Assembly (NCBI GenBank): GCA_015233625.1
Contig: JADFXK010000002.1
Location: 1-51,481 of the forward strand
Direction of reading: 5' to 3'
Length of the DNA stretch: 51,481 bases
Source: Deltaproteobacteria bacterium
GTDB taxonomy: Bacteria > Desulfobacterota > JADFXK01
Of this stretch, positions 8,285-17,720 are shown one piece after another. The first letter of the stretch is position 1. Every line of letters starts with the position of its first letter. Made by a program: the position numbers and the translations under genes. Below the pieces are notes generated by a model. The model saw only the letters and a program-made list of their open reading frames with translations, did no database searches and was not told the DNA's origin.

Positions 8285-9568
8285 TTAGTACAGGTATCCG
8301 GGAAAATTGTCTTGATTCACCACCACGATGCCGCGGTTCGTTTGGGTGTAATGTTTTCTATCTTGAAAAGGGTCATATCCGATGACGGTCCCATCGGGGA
8401 TATAGCACCCCTCATCGATTATGGCCTTTCTGATTTTGCAGTTCCGTCCGATCCTGACGTTTTCCATGATCACGGATTCCTCGACCAAAGAGTAGCTTTC
8501 AAAAATGACGTTATATGAGACCACGCAATGCCGGACGGTGGCGCCGCTGACGATGCAACCGTGGGCAATGATTGAATCTACGGCTTTGCCCACGCGAGGC
8601 TGTTCGGAATGCTCGTGTTCAAATACCGTCTTGACCGGGGGGTACTGCCGTTGATAGGTGCGGATAGGCCATTTTCGTCCATATAGATTAAAATATGGAT
8701 CGACTCCGGTTAAGTCCATATTCGCGTTCCAGTAGGAATCAAGAGTTCCGACGTCTCGCCAATAGCCTGAATCCCGAACTCGCTTTTCTCTCCGGGTTTC
8801 CCGGCGGCCATCGTGCCTGGTGACATAGATAAGATCGTCAATGGCGTTCATTTTGCGGTAGGGGTAAGCATAAACTCGATGATTGTGGATCATCTCCGGG
8901 ATAATTTCCTTGCCGAAATCAACATGGTCGCTATGTTTTAGGATATCCAGCAAAATATCCGTTTTAAAGATGTAAATACCCATGGAGGCTAAGGCGTGCT
9001 CTTCATCACCGGGTATGGATGGGGGGTCTTTTGGCTTTTCCACGAACTCCTTAACTCGATAGTCATCGTCTACCCCGATCACGCCAAATCCGGAGGCGGT
9101 TTCCCGATCCACCTCAATGACCGAGATCGTCATGTCGGCTTGTTTTTCATCATGATATTTCCGGAAGCCGGCGTAATTCATTTTATAAACATGATCCCCG
9201 GAAAGAATAATGGTCAGGTCGGAGCGGTTCCTTTCCAAAAAATAGACATTCTGCCTGATGGAATCGGCGGTGCCCTGGTACCATTCTTCACCAACCATCA
9301 TCTGGGGCGGGACCACGCGTAGATAATGCCCCAAATCCAGGCTAAAGATATTCCACCCAGCTTCTAAGTGCTCCATGAGACTCTGAGATTTATACTGGGG
9401 CAAGACAACGATCTTATAAATACCGGAATTAATGCAGTTTGACAGAGTTAAATCAAGAAGGATATAGATTCCCCCAAAAGGGATGGCCGGTTTGGCCCTG
9501 TTTTTTGTTAGGGGCATCAATCTCTCCCCTTTGCCCCCAGCCATGATAACGGCAACTACGTCAATCAT
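8285..9568 (-). CDS. glgC: glucose-1-phosphate adenylyltransferase
   Basis: N-terminal AVIMAGGKGERLMPLTKNRAKPAIPFGG, WYQGTADSI, SMGIYIFK and a left-handed beta-helix C-terminus. 427 aa. Confidence 0.9.
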   Translation of the reverse strand: MIDVVAVIMAGGKGERLMPLTKNRAKPAIPFGGIYILLDLTLSNCINSGIYKIVVLPQYKSQSLMEHLEAGWNIFSLDLGHYLRVVPPQMMVGEEWYQGTADSIRQNVYFLERNRSDLTIILSGDHVYKMNYAGFRKYHDEKQADMTISVIEVDRETASGFGVIGVDDDYRVKEFVEKPKDPPSIPGDEEHALASMGIYIFKTDILLDILKHSDHVDFGKEIIPEMIHNHRVYAYPYRKMNAIDDLIYVTRHDGRRETRREKRVRDSGYWRDVGTLDSYWNANMDLTGVDPYFNLYGRKWPIRTYQRQYPPVKTVFEHEHSEQPRVGKAVDSIIAHGCIVSGATVRHCVVSYNVIFESYSLVEESVIMENVRIGRNCKIRKAIIDEGCYIPDGTVIGYDPFQDRKHYTQTNRGIVVVNQDNFPGYLY

Positions 9569-9879
9569 AGGTCACTCTCCGTAGGATGTTCCGTTTCCTT
9601 TTCCGTCGGCTCTTCATCTGAAACCACATCTTCTTGTCCCGGGTCGGAATTAGTTATAGGAGGTCTTAACCGCAGGTAAATCTTGACCAACATTCCGGCC
9701 AAGATGGCGCCGCTAATTAAAATGATCAGGTTTGACGAAAAAAAGGTCAGGAGAAAATATGAGGGGTGATTTAGATGATAGGCGGCCCGGAGCAGGTCGA
9801 TTCCAAATATCGTAAAAAAAATTGACACCGCCACCCAGCATATTTTGACTGCCCACCATTTAATTGTCAATAAATTCAT
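9565..9879 (-). CDS. small integral membrane protein, unknown function
   Basis: 104 aa, three hydrophobic spans, acidic tail. The stop overlaps the glgC start by 4 nt, which suggests co-translation. Confidence 0.5.
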   Translation of the reverse strand: MNLLTIKWWAVKICWVAVSIFFTIFGIDLLRAAYHLNHPSYFLLTFFSSNLIILISGAILAGMLVKIYLRLRPPITNSDPGQEDVVSDEEPTEKETEHPTESDL

Positions 9880-9946
9880 TGTTCTTAGTTGGTTACCTCA
9901 GAGTTGTCTTTAGTGCCTTTAGGCCATAGCCGGAGATGCATCGGAG

Positions 9947-10912
9947 TCATGTTTCGGTTTCTTCTTTCCCGGTTTCAGCCACACTCAGCCTGGTCAGGTG
10001 TTCACTCAGGTATTGATCTTTGATTCTTTTAAAGAAGGCGGCGCTTAGACTAATCGTTCCGTCGTGGGCCGGTCGGACTCCCCGGTTGTGGCCTAGTAAC
10101 CGGATGGTCAAGTTACCTTCATTTTTTCTACCGGGTAACTGCAGAACGAAAAAAAAGGTATCATGTGGCGTGTCTAACTTGTCCCAGGAAATACATACCC
10201 CCCCTTGGGAGATGTCTTTTAGCAGTCCGGTCAATGGCTTTTGGCGGAGTATCTTGTCGTGATACGGGTCGATAATGGTTTCAATCCTAAATTTATCGGC
10301 TCCTTCGGTGAAGAATTCAACGTACTTGGTAAAATAATCGAGATATGCGTTGCAGACGACATCGGTCCGGTCGCCATCCCAAATGAATTCCCTCACCAGA
10401 GACAACTCCTGACTGTCAAGCTTCTGGATAATGGGTTTGGGCACCGGATATAGTGACACCGGAACGTCGAAGGGAAGGGCAAACCGTTTGTCGAACCTGG
10501 GGTCGTCTACGGTAAACACTATCCGGCTTTGTAGCTTCTTCTCGGGGCGTACCTGGAGCACATTATATTTCTTAAGACTGGGATGATCAATAATAATCAG
10601 AACACGATCGTTCTTGGTCAAGGGAGGTGGATCTTTAACCTCAACTTCAATAGAGTTTTCACCTGCCCAAAGAAGCTTGCCATAATAGCGTTCTTCCTTA
10701 AACATAAGCATGAGCGGCTTCTTTTTGATCAAATATTCTTGCAAGATTTCTTTGGGGATTTTTTTGATGCTGGGAAGCTGTTCAATGGAACGCTTGAGGA
10801 CGCTATCGACCCAATCATCCATTTTGAGGATGTTGTATCGTTTGATGTGCCGAATCTTGGCGGTGGTAGTTCTTGTCACGGTTTCCGTTCTCCCGGTCTT
10901 CTCTGTAACCAC
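9947..10912 (-). CDS. hypothetical protein (possible degenerate PilZ-like C-terminal domain)
   Basis: 321-aa ORF. The only recognisable element is LLKDISQGGVCISW (D-x-S-x-x-G as in PilZ). No clear RxxxR box, so the call is weak. Confidence 0.45.
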   Translation of the reverse strand: MVTEKTGRTETVTRTTTAKIRHIKRYNILKMDDWVDSVLKRSIEQLPSIKKIPKEILQEYLIKKKPLMLMFKEERYYGKLLWAGENSIEVEVKDPPPLTKNDRVLIIIDHPSLKKYNVLQVRPEKKLQSRIVFTVDDPRFDKRFALPFDVPVSLYPVPKPIIQKLDSQELSLVREFIWDGDRTDVVCNAYLDYFTKYVEFFTEGADKFRIETIIDPYHDKILRQKPLTGLLKDISQGGVCISWDKLDTPHDTFFFVLQLPGRKNEGNLTIRLLGHNRGVRPAHDGTISLSAAFFKRIKDQYLSEHLTRLSVAETGKEETET

Positions 10913-11293
10913 CGTAATACCGGCTACGCTGATTGGGGTTTTGAGTCTGTAGTCTGTTGACCGCGCCGCGGCTGGCTTCCAGCGGTAGAAACCTTCACCA
11001 GGTTTTTAGATTTGAAGATGATAATATAATCATAATTCAAAACTCGCAAGCTAATTTGCTCTATGGGAAACAAGTTTTTGGCGGCTTCCGGCGGTGGCGG
11101 CGGAGTAAGGCAAGCGCAGAAGATATTTTTTGAAGAGGTGTTATCTTGTTCAATAAAGAAGGCAATAAAGCCCCAACGGATCGGACCGGGTTAGCCCAAG
11201 ATAAAGCCAGGTGACGCCCTGGGGTTGCGGCGTCCGGTTCACCGGAGAGAGGGGTGATTATGGGTTATAATATTATCTAAGACAATATCCATA

Positions 11294-11368
11294 GGCTAAC
11301 CAGGGCCGACCCTTCGGCGCTTATTTGGACTTAGTCGTTTTAGGAATATTTCATGCGTCTGCCCTAGG
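11294..11368 (-). repeat. dispersed upstream element, copy 2 (inverted relative to copy 1)
   Basis: Reverse complement reads cctagggcagacgcatgaaatattcctaaaacgactaagtccaaataagcgccgaagggtcggccctggttagcc and aligns with 6263-6338. Lies about 55 nt upstream of the 11423 gene, in the same relative orientation as copy 1 to its gene. Confidence 0.6.
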
Positions 11369-11385
11369 CGTCGCGGTGTTTTGAT

Positions 11386-11414
11386 TTGACAGTCATTGGC
11401 TGACCTGCTAAATT
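11386..11414 (+). promoter_or_regulatory. sigma70-like promoter (TTGACA-N17-TAAATT) immediately upstream of the ATG at 11423
   Basis: TTGACA at 11386-11391 and TAAATT at 11409-11414. No Shine-Dalgarno sequence between the -10 box and the ATG. Confidence 0.4.
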
Positions 11415-11422
11415 AAAATTTT

Positions 11423-12340
11423 ATGCCTGATCAAATTTCTAAGGATCGCCACGTCATGCTTATAACCTGCCCGCAGTGTAATTTTAGTCGAGATATCCCG
11501 GACCAAAAAGTCCCGGATAGACCTGTGCACGCCATTTGTCCAAAATGTCACCACAGATTTGAACTGAGGCGTTTATCTACCCAGCCATCGGAGGCGCCTG
11601 CGGCCCCGGGACCGGCAAAGGAAATGGAATTCCCGCATCAGCCATCGGAAGACACGGTCGGAAGCGACCCAGGCGATCGGGTCACTATGTCAGCGGGCAT
11701 GGGTACTCCATGGGATCACAGAGAAAAGCTGGGAGTGATATTATCAATATTCTCCACTAGTAAGCAAGCCCTTTTCTCGCCAGGTAGTTTTTTCGGCCGG
11801 ATGAAGACTACCGGTGACCTGGGCACTCCTCTGGGGTTTGCCATTATAGTCGGCTCCATCTCCATCATCATCAGCCTGATAGTTTCAGCTCTGCCGATAT
11901 CATTCCTGAATCCGCTGGAATTAGATGGCCTGGCTGGGACTAACTGGGCCTCGGACCATGGGAAATTCCTGGTTTATGCCATCCTCTTCGCGCCCCTGTT
12001 GGTGATTTTAGACCAGTTTGTCAGTTCTGGAATCCTCCACCTGTGCCTGATCATTCTGGGAGGCAACAAAAAAGGATTCGGATGCACCTTTAGCGTGGTC
12101 GCCTATTCCCAGTCCTACACAGTGTTGACCATAATTCCTATCATCGGATATATCATAGGGAACATCTGGCGAGTGGTCATGCTTACCATCGGGTTGGCCA
12201 AGAGCCATGGGACGAGCAGCATAAGAACATTTTTTGCGATTTGCTTACCGTTGATCGTGGTTATGGTTTTGATCATCATCGTCATGGTTGCGTTTGCCGG
12301 GTTTTTGGCGGCTATTTTTTTAAAGGGAAAAGAATCATAG
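11423..12340 (+). CDS. zinc-ribbon (MJ0042-type) plus Yip1-like multi-pass membrane protein
   Basis: N-terminal ITCPQCNFSRDIP...AICPKCHHRFEL (CxxC...CxxC), a Pro/Ala linker, then five hydrophobic spans typical of Yip1/DUF1282-type proteins. Confidence 0.6.
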   Translation: MPDQISKDRHVMLITCPQCNFSRDIPDQKVPDRPVHAICPKCHHRFELRRLSTQPSEAPAAPGPAKEMEFPHQPSEDTVGSDPGDRVTMSAGMGTPWDHREKLGVILSIFSTSKQALFSPGSFFGRMKTTGDLGTPLGFAIIVGSISIIISLIVSALPISFLNPLELDGLAGTNWASDHGKFLVYAILFAPLLVILDQFVSSGILHLCLIILGGNKKGFGCTFSVVAYSQSYTVLTIIPIIGYIIGNIWRVVMLTIGLAKSHGTSSIRTFFAICLPLIVVMVLIIIVMVAFAGFLAAIFLKGKES

Positions 12341-12563
12341 GGGCTATGACCAGAAAGTCAGGATCAACTGATTAAATGTTCTGAGACGTTGCGCGCTATG
12401 ATCTATAATTAGGTTGAGACCGGCAGAGACATACTGACAACAGCCGGGCATCGCTCGCAACTAAAAGTTATGTAACAATAACCCGTTTTGGACCAACTGG
12501 CGGCCAGCCTAGGCTTCCGGTGACCAAACCTTGCTAGTCTCCCCTCTCAACATAGGATAAGAA

Positions 12564-13400
12564 ATGGGTTACGTTGATCTCCACACCCATTCCACCGCGT
12601 CGGATGGTTCCCTGACACCGACTGAACTGGTGACCTACGCGGTGGCCAAAGGGCTTACCGCCATTGCCCTGACCGACCACGACACCACGGAAGGGCTGGA
12701 AGAAGCCACAATTGCCGGGAACAACACCGGGCTGGAAGTAGTGCCGGGCATTGAGATCAGCGCCCAATACGAAACCGGGACAATGCACATCCTCGGTTAT
12801 TTCATTGACCCCGGTAATCCCGCATTGCGTTCCAACCTGGCTCGACTCCAGGAAGCCCGCCGGACCAGAAACCCACGGATCCTGGAAAAACTAGCTCAAC
12901 TGGGTGTTCACATCACCATTGAAGATGTGGAAGAAGCTTCCGGCGGAGGTCAAATTGGACGCCCCCACATCGCCCAGGCTATAGTTAAGAAGGGATATGC
13001 TAACGATGTGAATTATGTGTTTGATCACTACCTGACCAAGAACGGCCCGGCTTATGTTGACAAGTTCAGGTTTAGCCCGGAAGATTCCATTTCTCTCATC
13101 AAGACCGCCGGCGGGCGGGCCTGTCTGGGGCATCCTTTCACTTTATTCGTTAAAGACAATGTCATGCTGGACCAAATGGTGGCCGGGTTGAAAGCCAAGG
13201 GACTGGAGGCCATCGAAGTCTATTACCCGGATCATACTCCCGAACAAACAGCTACTTTCCTTCATTTAGCCAAGAAATACGACCTGTTCCCCACCGGTGG
13301 CTCCGATTTCCACGGCCGGGCTAAACCTCGAGTCGACCTGGGGATAGGTTACGGCGCATTGCGGGTACCTTACGAACTTCTTGACCATATGAAGAGTTGA
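12564..13400 (+). CDS. PHP-domain phosphoesterase (TrpH/YciV-like)
   Basis: N-terminal VDLHTHSTASDGS, ALTDHDT, GIEIS and GGSDFHG motifs. 278 aa. Confidence 0.85.
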   Translation: MGYVDLHTHSTASDGSLTPTELVTYAVAKGLTAIALTDHDTTEGLEEATIAGNNTGLEVVPGIEISAQYETGTMHILGYFIDPGNPALRSNLARLQEARRTRNPRILEKLAQLGVHITIEDVEEASGGGQIGRPHIAQAIVKKGYANDVNYVFDHYLTKNGPAYVDKFRFSPEDSISLIKTAGGRACLGHPFTLFVKDNVMLDQMVAGLKAKGLEAIEVYYPDHTPEQTATFLHLAKKYDLFPTGGSDFHGRAKPRVDLGIGYGALRVPYELLDHMKS

Positions 13401-13425
13401 TTTTCTTTGTCAACAGGGACGATTA

Positions 13426-14196
13426 ATGGCCATCACCTTGACCATCTTTGGGTCCGGCACCGCCATCCCCAGGCCGGACGGCACCGCCTCGTCCAACCTG
13501 GTCAGAGTCAATGATGAATCCATAATCATTGACCTGGGGCCGGGGGCATTGCACCGCCTGGCCCAGGCCGGATCGAGCCTCAACCAGGTGAGTCAGATTT
13601 TAATCACCCATTTTCACAATGACCATACCAGTGACCTGCCGGCCTTCCTCTTTGCCACTCGTTTGCCCCTGGTGTTGGCCCAAAGAACACCGCTAAATCT
13701 GATCGGACCGGTCGGCCTGGAGGAGTTTTACCGGGGATTGCAGGCGGCCTGGGGGAGATGGGTCATTTTGCCCGACGATCTGTTGCATATCTTAGAACTG
13801 GCTAATGACAAAATAAGTACCACAACCTTCAAGAATTTTACTTTGACCAGTGCGCCCGTGGACCATACCCCCGCGTCACTGGCTTACCGTATTGAAGACC
13901 ACCGGGGGACTGCAATCATCTTTTCCGGTGATACATCTTACGACTCCCGGTTAGTGGAGTTGTCTCGACATGGCGATGTCCTGGTGTGTGAGTGTTCATT
14001 CCCCGACGAGTTGGCGGGAGAGGGACATATGACGCCGTCCCTGGCTGGTCGGGTAGCCGCCGAAGCTGGGGTAAAGAAGTTGATTCTTAACCATTTTTAC
14101 CCTGAGTGTGATGGCCACGATCTGCTCACCCCAGCCAGCCGAGTGTTTTCCGGTGAAATCATCCTGGCCCATGACCTGATGGAACTGTCGGTTTAA
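13426..14196 (+). CDS. MBL-fold metallo-hydrolase (RNase Z/BN-like)
   Basis: ITHFHNDHTSD (HxHxDH), FSGDT, and H near the C-terminus (NHF). 256 aa. Confidence 0.75.
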   Translation: MAITLTIFGSGTAIPRPDGTASSNLVRVNDESIIIDLGPGALHRLAQAGSSLNQVSQILITHFHNDHTSDLPAFLFATRLPLVLAQRTPLNLIGPVGLEEFYRGLQAAWGRWVILPDDLLHILELANDKISTTTFKNFTLTSAPVDHTPASLAYRIEDHRGTAIIFSGDTSYDSRLVELSRHGDVLVCECSFPDELAGEGHMTPSLAGRVAAEAGVKKLILNHFYPECDGHDLLTPASRVFSGEIILAHDLMELSV

Positions 14197-14250
14197 TTAA
14201 ATAGAATAACTCATGGTTCACCTTTCTCGAGGTTAAAGAGTATTGTTTCT

Positions 14251-14278
14251 GTAACCCGCAACCCGTAATCCCTCACGG
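14251..14278 (+). repeat. heptanucleotide array (GTAACCC GCAACCC GTAATCC CTCACGG), CNNGCAA family
   Basis: Intergenic, just upstream of the 14287 start. Same unit family as 17388-17443, 23816-23909 and 24808-24863. Confidence 0.55.
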
Positions 14279-14286
14279 GGGGACTC

Positions 14287-14919
14287 ATGATCAGCACCAT
14301 CGGTGGATTTTTATTTTTAGCTCTGGGCATTGTGGTCGCCTGGTTAATGCTGGAGGTAATTGGCCGCAAAGACAAAGTGCCAAACCCAGCCGGATACCGC
14401 CTTTGGCACAAAAGGTTAGGCTGGGCATTCATCTTGCTTTACTTGCTATTCTTGGGTGGCATGGTCTATAGAATATATGGCACGACTGTAGAATTAGAGG
14501 TCAGGCCATTTACTCACGCCCTGTTTGGTCTTCTCTTGTGTCCGTTATTGACTATCAAAGTGTTGTTTGTCAGAAGATACAAATCATTCATGGGCACCCT
14601 GCCGACCCTGGGGTTGATCATAGTCACCACGTCATTTCTATTGATAATGTTAACCGCAGGTTATGGTCTGATAGAGGCGGATCAAGACGAGCCCGCCGCC
14701 GGCGTACAGTCGGCCGGGGAAGACCAGGTGGCCAAAGGTAAGTCGCTAGTTCCAATCAAATGTACCCATTGCCATAGCCTCGATCGGGTCTGGGCCGCGG
14801 ATAAAACTCCAGCCGTGTGGCAATCCACTGTCAAAACCATGGCCTCCAAACAACCAGGCTGGATAACCGATGACCAGGCCAAGGCGATCATGTCGTTTTT
14901 GTCTCAACGGAAGAAATGA
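14287..14919 (+). CDS. membrane-anchored mono-haem c-type cytochrome
   Basis: Four N-terminal hydrophobic spans, an acidic linker, then a single CxxCH site (KCTHCHS) in a roughly 60-aa soluble domain. Confidence 0.6.
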   Translation: MISTIGGFLFLALGIVVAWLMLEVIGRKDKVPNPAGYRLWHKRLGWAFILLYLLFLGGMVYRIYGTTVELEVRPFTHALFGLLLCPLLTIKVLFVRRYKSFMGTLPTLGLIIVTTSFLLIMLTAGYGLIEADQDEPAAGVQSAGEDQVAKGKSLVPIKCTHCHSLDRVWAADKTPAVWQSTVKTMASKQPGWITDDQAKAIMSFLSQRKK

Positions 14920-14968
14920 CGATCAACGATTTTCTTATATTATTTCAGATTATTTTCATCCTGAGGCC

Positions 14969-15481
14969 ATGTCGCGGCGACTGATTCAGATTAATCGGCT
15001 GATGATTGCCCTGGTCATCCTGATGAGCCTCAACCTGAGCCGGCCTTCGGACAGTCTTTGGGCCGGACAATCCCAGGAGCCCTCAGGGAAAATTGGGGCT
15101 ACGGCACCTTCGCCCTCTCTTGTCCCGACTGAAAGCGACCAGGCCAGTCCGGCTGTCCGCGGCCTCACGGCCTCAATCCGGGCCTTCCGGAAGTATGCGT
15201 CGCCCCTGGGTTACACCCATTGCCCCATGTATCCCAGTTGTAGTCATTTTGGAGAAGAGGCCCTGAAAATCCACGGGGCCTGGTGGGGAACTCTATTAAT
15301 CGTTGACCGGTTCATCAGGGAAAGTCAGGACATGCGGGATCATCCGGAAATTAAGGTAGATGGCCAATACCGGGCCTACGATCCCCTGAAACAGAACGAC
15401 TTCTGGCTCCGAGACCGGCCGCCCCGGCCGCTGCCGATGGTGCCCCATGCCTTTTGGGAGGGCAATGCCCGTGGCCGCTAA
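14969..15481 (+). CDS. YidD-like (membrane protein insertion efficiency factor family) domain protein with signal-anchor N-terminus
   Basis: FRKYASPLGYTHCPMYPSCSHFGEEAL matches the YidD core (Y..SP....C.F.PSCS.Y). I chose the ATG at 14969 (MSRRLIQINRLMIALVILM) because the tracked start 14870 overlaps the preceding gene. Confidence 0.6.
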   Translation: MSRRLIQINRLMIALVILMSLNLSRPSDSLWAGQSQEPSGKIGATAPSPSLVPTESDQASPAVRGLTASIRAFRKYASPLGYTHCPMYPSCSHFGEEALKIHGAWWGTLLIVDRFIRESQDMRDHPEIKVDGQYRAYDPLKQNDFWLRDRPPRPLPMVPHAFWEGNARGR

Positions 15482-16442
15482 CCGCATCACTCGCCTCCTG
15501 CAGATCCTGGTCATTGTTCCGTTGCTTTTTCTCGGCCAGGCCATTTGGGTCCCGCTGCCCTCCGGCTACTGTCTGGATACTCCGGTGACCGGGCCGCCGG
15601 ATAAGCTTTTCGAGTTTGCTCAAAGCCTCTTGAACAAAGGGGAATGGGACACTGCCCAGGTAGAATTCAAGAGGTTTATCTTTCTTTTTCCAGACCATGC
15701 CCGAGTTGGAGAAGCTCGTTTTAGAATATCTCTATGCGATTTTCGGACGAAACGATTCGACCAGGCCCTGACCGGTTTCACGGAACTGGCCAGCCAAAAA
15801 CCGGCGGATAAGTGGACGGTGGAGTCCATATTCTTTGTGGCCGCCTGTTACGAAGCCAATGCCGAATGGTCAAAAGCAGAAACCGTGTATCAAGACCTGA
15901 TTAACTCCAATCTATCGTCTCTACCCGATCCGGCCGGGATTAAGGACCGGGCGCGATATCTTCTCGGTTGGGTGCGGGCCGAGCAATCCCGTTGGCTTGA
16001 TGCAGCTAAAGAGTTCCGCACAGTCACTGGCCCAGAATATGGCCACCCGGCCGCACTGCTGGCCACCGGAATTCCGGCGGGACAGGATTTGCCCCTTAAG
16101 TCTCCGGTCGCCGCAGGCATTATGTCCGGAGTGCTGCCCGGACTGGGGCAGATATATTGCGACCGGCCCCGGGACGCGGCCATGTCTTTCCTGCTGAACG
16201 GGGCCTTCATCGCCGGGACTGTGGAATCCTATCGACAAGAAGCGTATGTGGTGGGCAGCATTCTGCTGTTGATCGAGATGGGGTGGTATGGTGGAAATAT
16301 TTTTAATGCGGTTAACAATGCGAACAAATACAATCAAAATCTTCAGCGCCAGTTTCTCGACCGTTTAAAGGAGCAACTTCGAGTCTCGGTAGTCCCGGAC
16401 CCGTCCGGGAGCGCCGCCCTTTGGCTGACGTGGGCCTTTTGA
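15465..16442 (+). CDS. TPR-like repeat protein with C-terminal membrane segments
   Basis: Signal-like N-terminus, YbgF/TPR-like helices (AQSLLNKGEWDTAQVEFKRFI..., AACYEANAEWSKAETVYQDL), then hydrophobic spans (GIMSGVLPGLGQIY...). Start is either 15447 or 15465. Confidence 0.55.
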   Translation: MPVAANRITRLLQILVIVPLLFLGQAIWVPLPSGYCLDTPVTGPPDKLFEFAQSLLNKGEWDTAQVEFKRFIFLFPDHARVGEARFRISLCDFRTKRFDQALTGFTELASQKPADKWTVESIFFVAACYEANAEWSKAETVYQDLINSNLSSLPDPAGIKDRARYLLGWVRAEQSRWLDAAKEFRTVTGPEYGHPAALLATGIPAGQDLPLKSPVAAGIMSGVLPGLGQIYCDRPRDAAMSFLLNGAFIAGTVESYRQEAYVVGSILLLIEMGWYGGNIFNAVNNANKYNQNLQRQFLDRLKEQLRVSVVPDPSGSAALWLTWAF

Positions 16443-16515
16443 CCTGGCGGCTAAAGGTAATCCGGCATAATTCGTTCCTCTTCATAACATTTAAGAAAAG
16501 AGCGCCGGGCTTTCA

Positions 16516-17442
16516 TTGCTCTCTTGTCCTGGGTCCAGATCGTTCATGAACCAGTCCAGCTTATGTTTCCCTGACGGCCAAAAATCATGCTTTCGGTGTT
16601 GCCCGCCTGTTCGGGCTCCGGGATACGACCACTATCCCCACCGCTTGTTTTTGGCCAGAGAATTGCGCGACAATACATCCCGGTATGATCCCGCGGATTT
16701 CTCCCTCAAACCCATCACCGGATTCAATTGCTGGGCTTTGGGTTACCTGGATAGAAAATTTAAACTGGTTGGGTGTTTGCTCCATCCGGTTCAAAATGGG
16801 GGCCGAGATCTCCGGGGTCGCATCGATTACGGTCACAAATGCGCCCGGGAATTCTGCCAGGAAGCCAGTATTTTTGATCAGCTCACCGCCGATCATCGCC
16901 AATTCTGGCTGGGCCTGGCTGAGGCGCTGGATTCTTTTCAATATTCAAGTAACCTGATCAATCCGATGTTTCGGGTGTTGAATTTTGGGCCAGGGGTTTT
17001 ATCCGCCGTGGCGGCTCATTCCGGCCCCGAATCAATGGCCGACCGGGAGCTGATCAGCACCTATCCCTTTCTGTCTATGGCTGCCTGGCCCAGAAGCTGT
17101 GCTTTTTTGGTGGAGCAGATTATCTCTGGTTATGGGGTGCCGTTTTTGGCCGGACCTGAGGGTTTGGAGCTGATTAATGGATTGATGAATCATCTCCAGA
17201 CATCCTTAGCCGCATTTTTATCACCGAAGCGATCATCCGGCCGCCCTTACGTCCATCAATTGTCCCTGGATCGTTCTCTGGCTGATTTTTTCCGGTTCGG
17301 CCTGAACGTCTCATGCCTTAGTCAAACGGAAGCCGACACCCTGGGACTCCAGGTCCGGCGACTGACGGCTGAATGGCTGTCTTTGCCGAGCAACGAGCAA
17401 CAAGTAAAGAGTAACGAACAACCTATAATGAGCAACGAGTGA
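16516..17442 (+). CDS. hypothetical Cys-rich protein; the C-terminal tail is encoded by a heptamer array
   Basis: 308-aa ORF with an N-terminal CFRCCPP cluster and no family I can name. The last roughly 18 residues (SNEQQVKSNEQPIMSNE) are translated from the repeat at 17388-17443. Confidence 0.5.
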   Translation: MLSCPGSRSFMNQSSLCFPDGQKSCFRCCPPVRAPGYDHYPHRLFLARELRDNTSRYDPADFSLKPITGFNCWALGYLDRKFKLVGCLLHPVQNGGRDLRGRIDYGHKCAREFCQEASIFDQLTADHRQFWLGLAEALDSFQYSSNLINPMFRVLNFGPGVLSAVAAHSGPESMADRELISTYPFLSMAAWPRSCAFLVEQIISGYGVPFLAGPEGLELINGLMNHLQTSLAAFLSPKRSSGRPYVHQLSLDRSLADFFRFGLNVSCLSQTEADTLGLQVRRLTAEWLSLPSNEQQVKSNEQPIMSNE

Positions 17443-17443
17443 C
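17388..17443 (+). repeat. heptanucleotide array, 8 units (GAGCAAC GAGCAAC AAGTAAA GAGTAAC GAACAAC CTATAAT GAGCAAC GAGTGAC)
   Basis: Strict 7-nt periodicity read directly from the sequence. Spans the stop of the 16516 ORF. Confidence 0.75.
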
Positions 17444-17462
17444 CAGCTTAAGGAGAAGTGTC

Positions 17463-17708
17463 TTGGCTAAGCATTCCCACACCTTTGTGGAAACCTATAA
17501 TGGGCTTTTGGGATTCGGTTTAGATCGAAAAATAGACGAGAATACCGTGATCGTTTATCTCCAGAAATTATCGGATGATAAATTAATGGCTGAATTGCGG
17601 GATCGCCTCAGTGACCAAGAACTGGCCGATATTTTTAATTTTGTCAGCGCAATTTTGAAACGCCATTTGACCGAGCCTGAGTATCATCAGCATTTTCTCA
17701 AGGAGTGA
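17463..17708 (+). CDS. small hypothetical cytoplasmic protein
   Basis: Tracked ORF is 17439..17708. AAGGAG at 17450-17455 is followed 7 nt later by an in-frame TTG at 17463, which I favour as the start (MAKHSHTFVETYNG...). Confidence 0.45.
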   Translation: MAKHSHTFVETYNGLLGFGLDRKIDENTVIVYLQKLSDDKLMAELRDRLSDQELADIFNFVSAILKRHLTEPEYHQHFLKE

Positions 17709-17720
17709 CACCATCTGACT

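Noticed and set aside
9947-10912. Confident PilZ (c-di-GMP receptor) assignment
   Set aside because: Only the DxSxxG half-motif is visible and the RxxxR box is absent. I kept it as a hypothetical protein with a low-confidence note.
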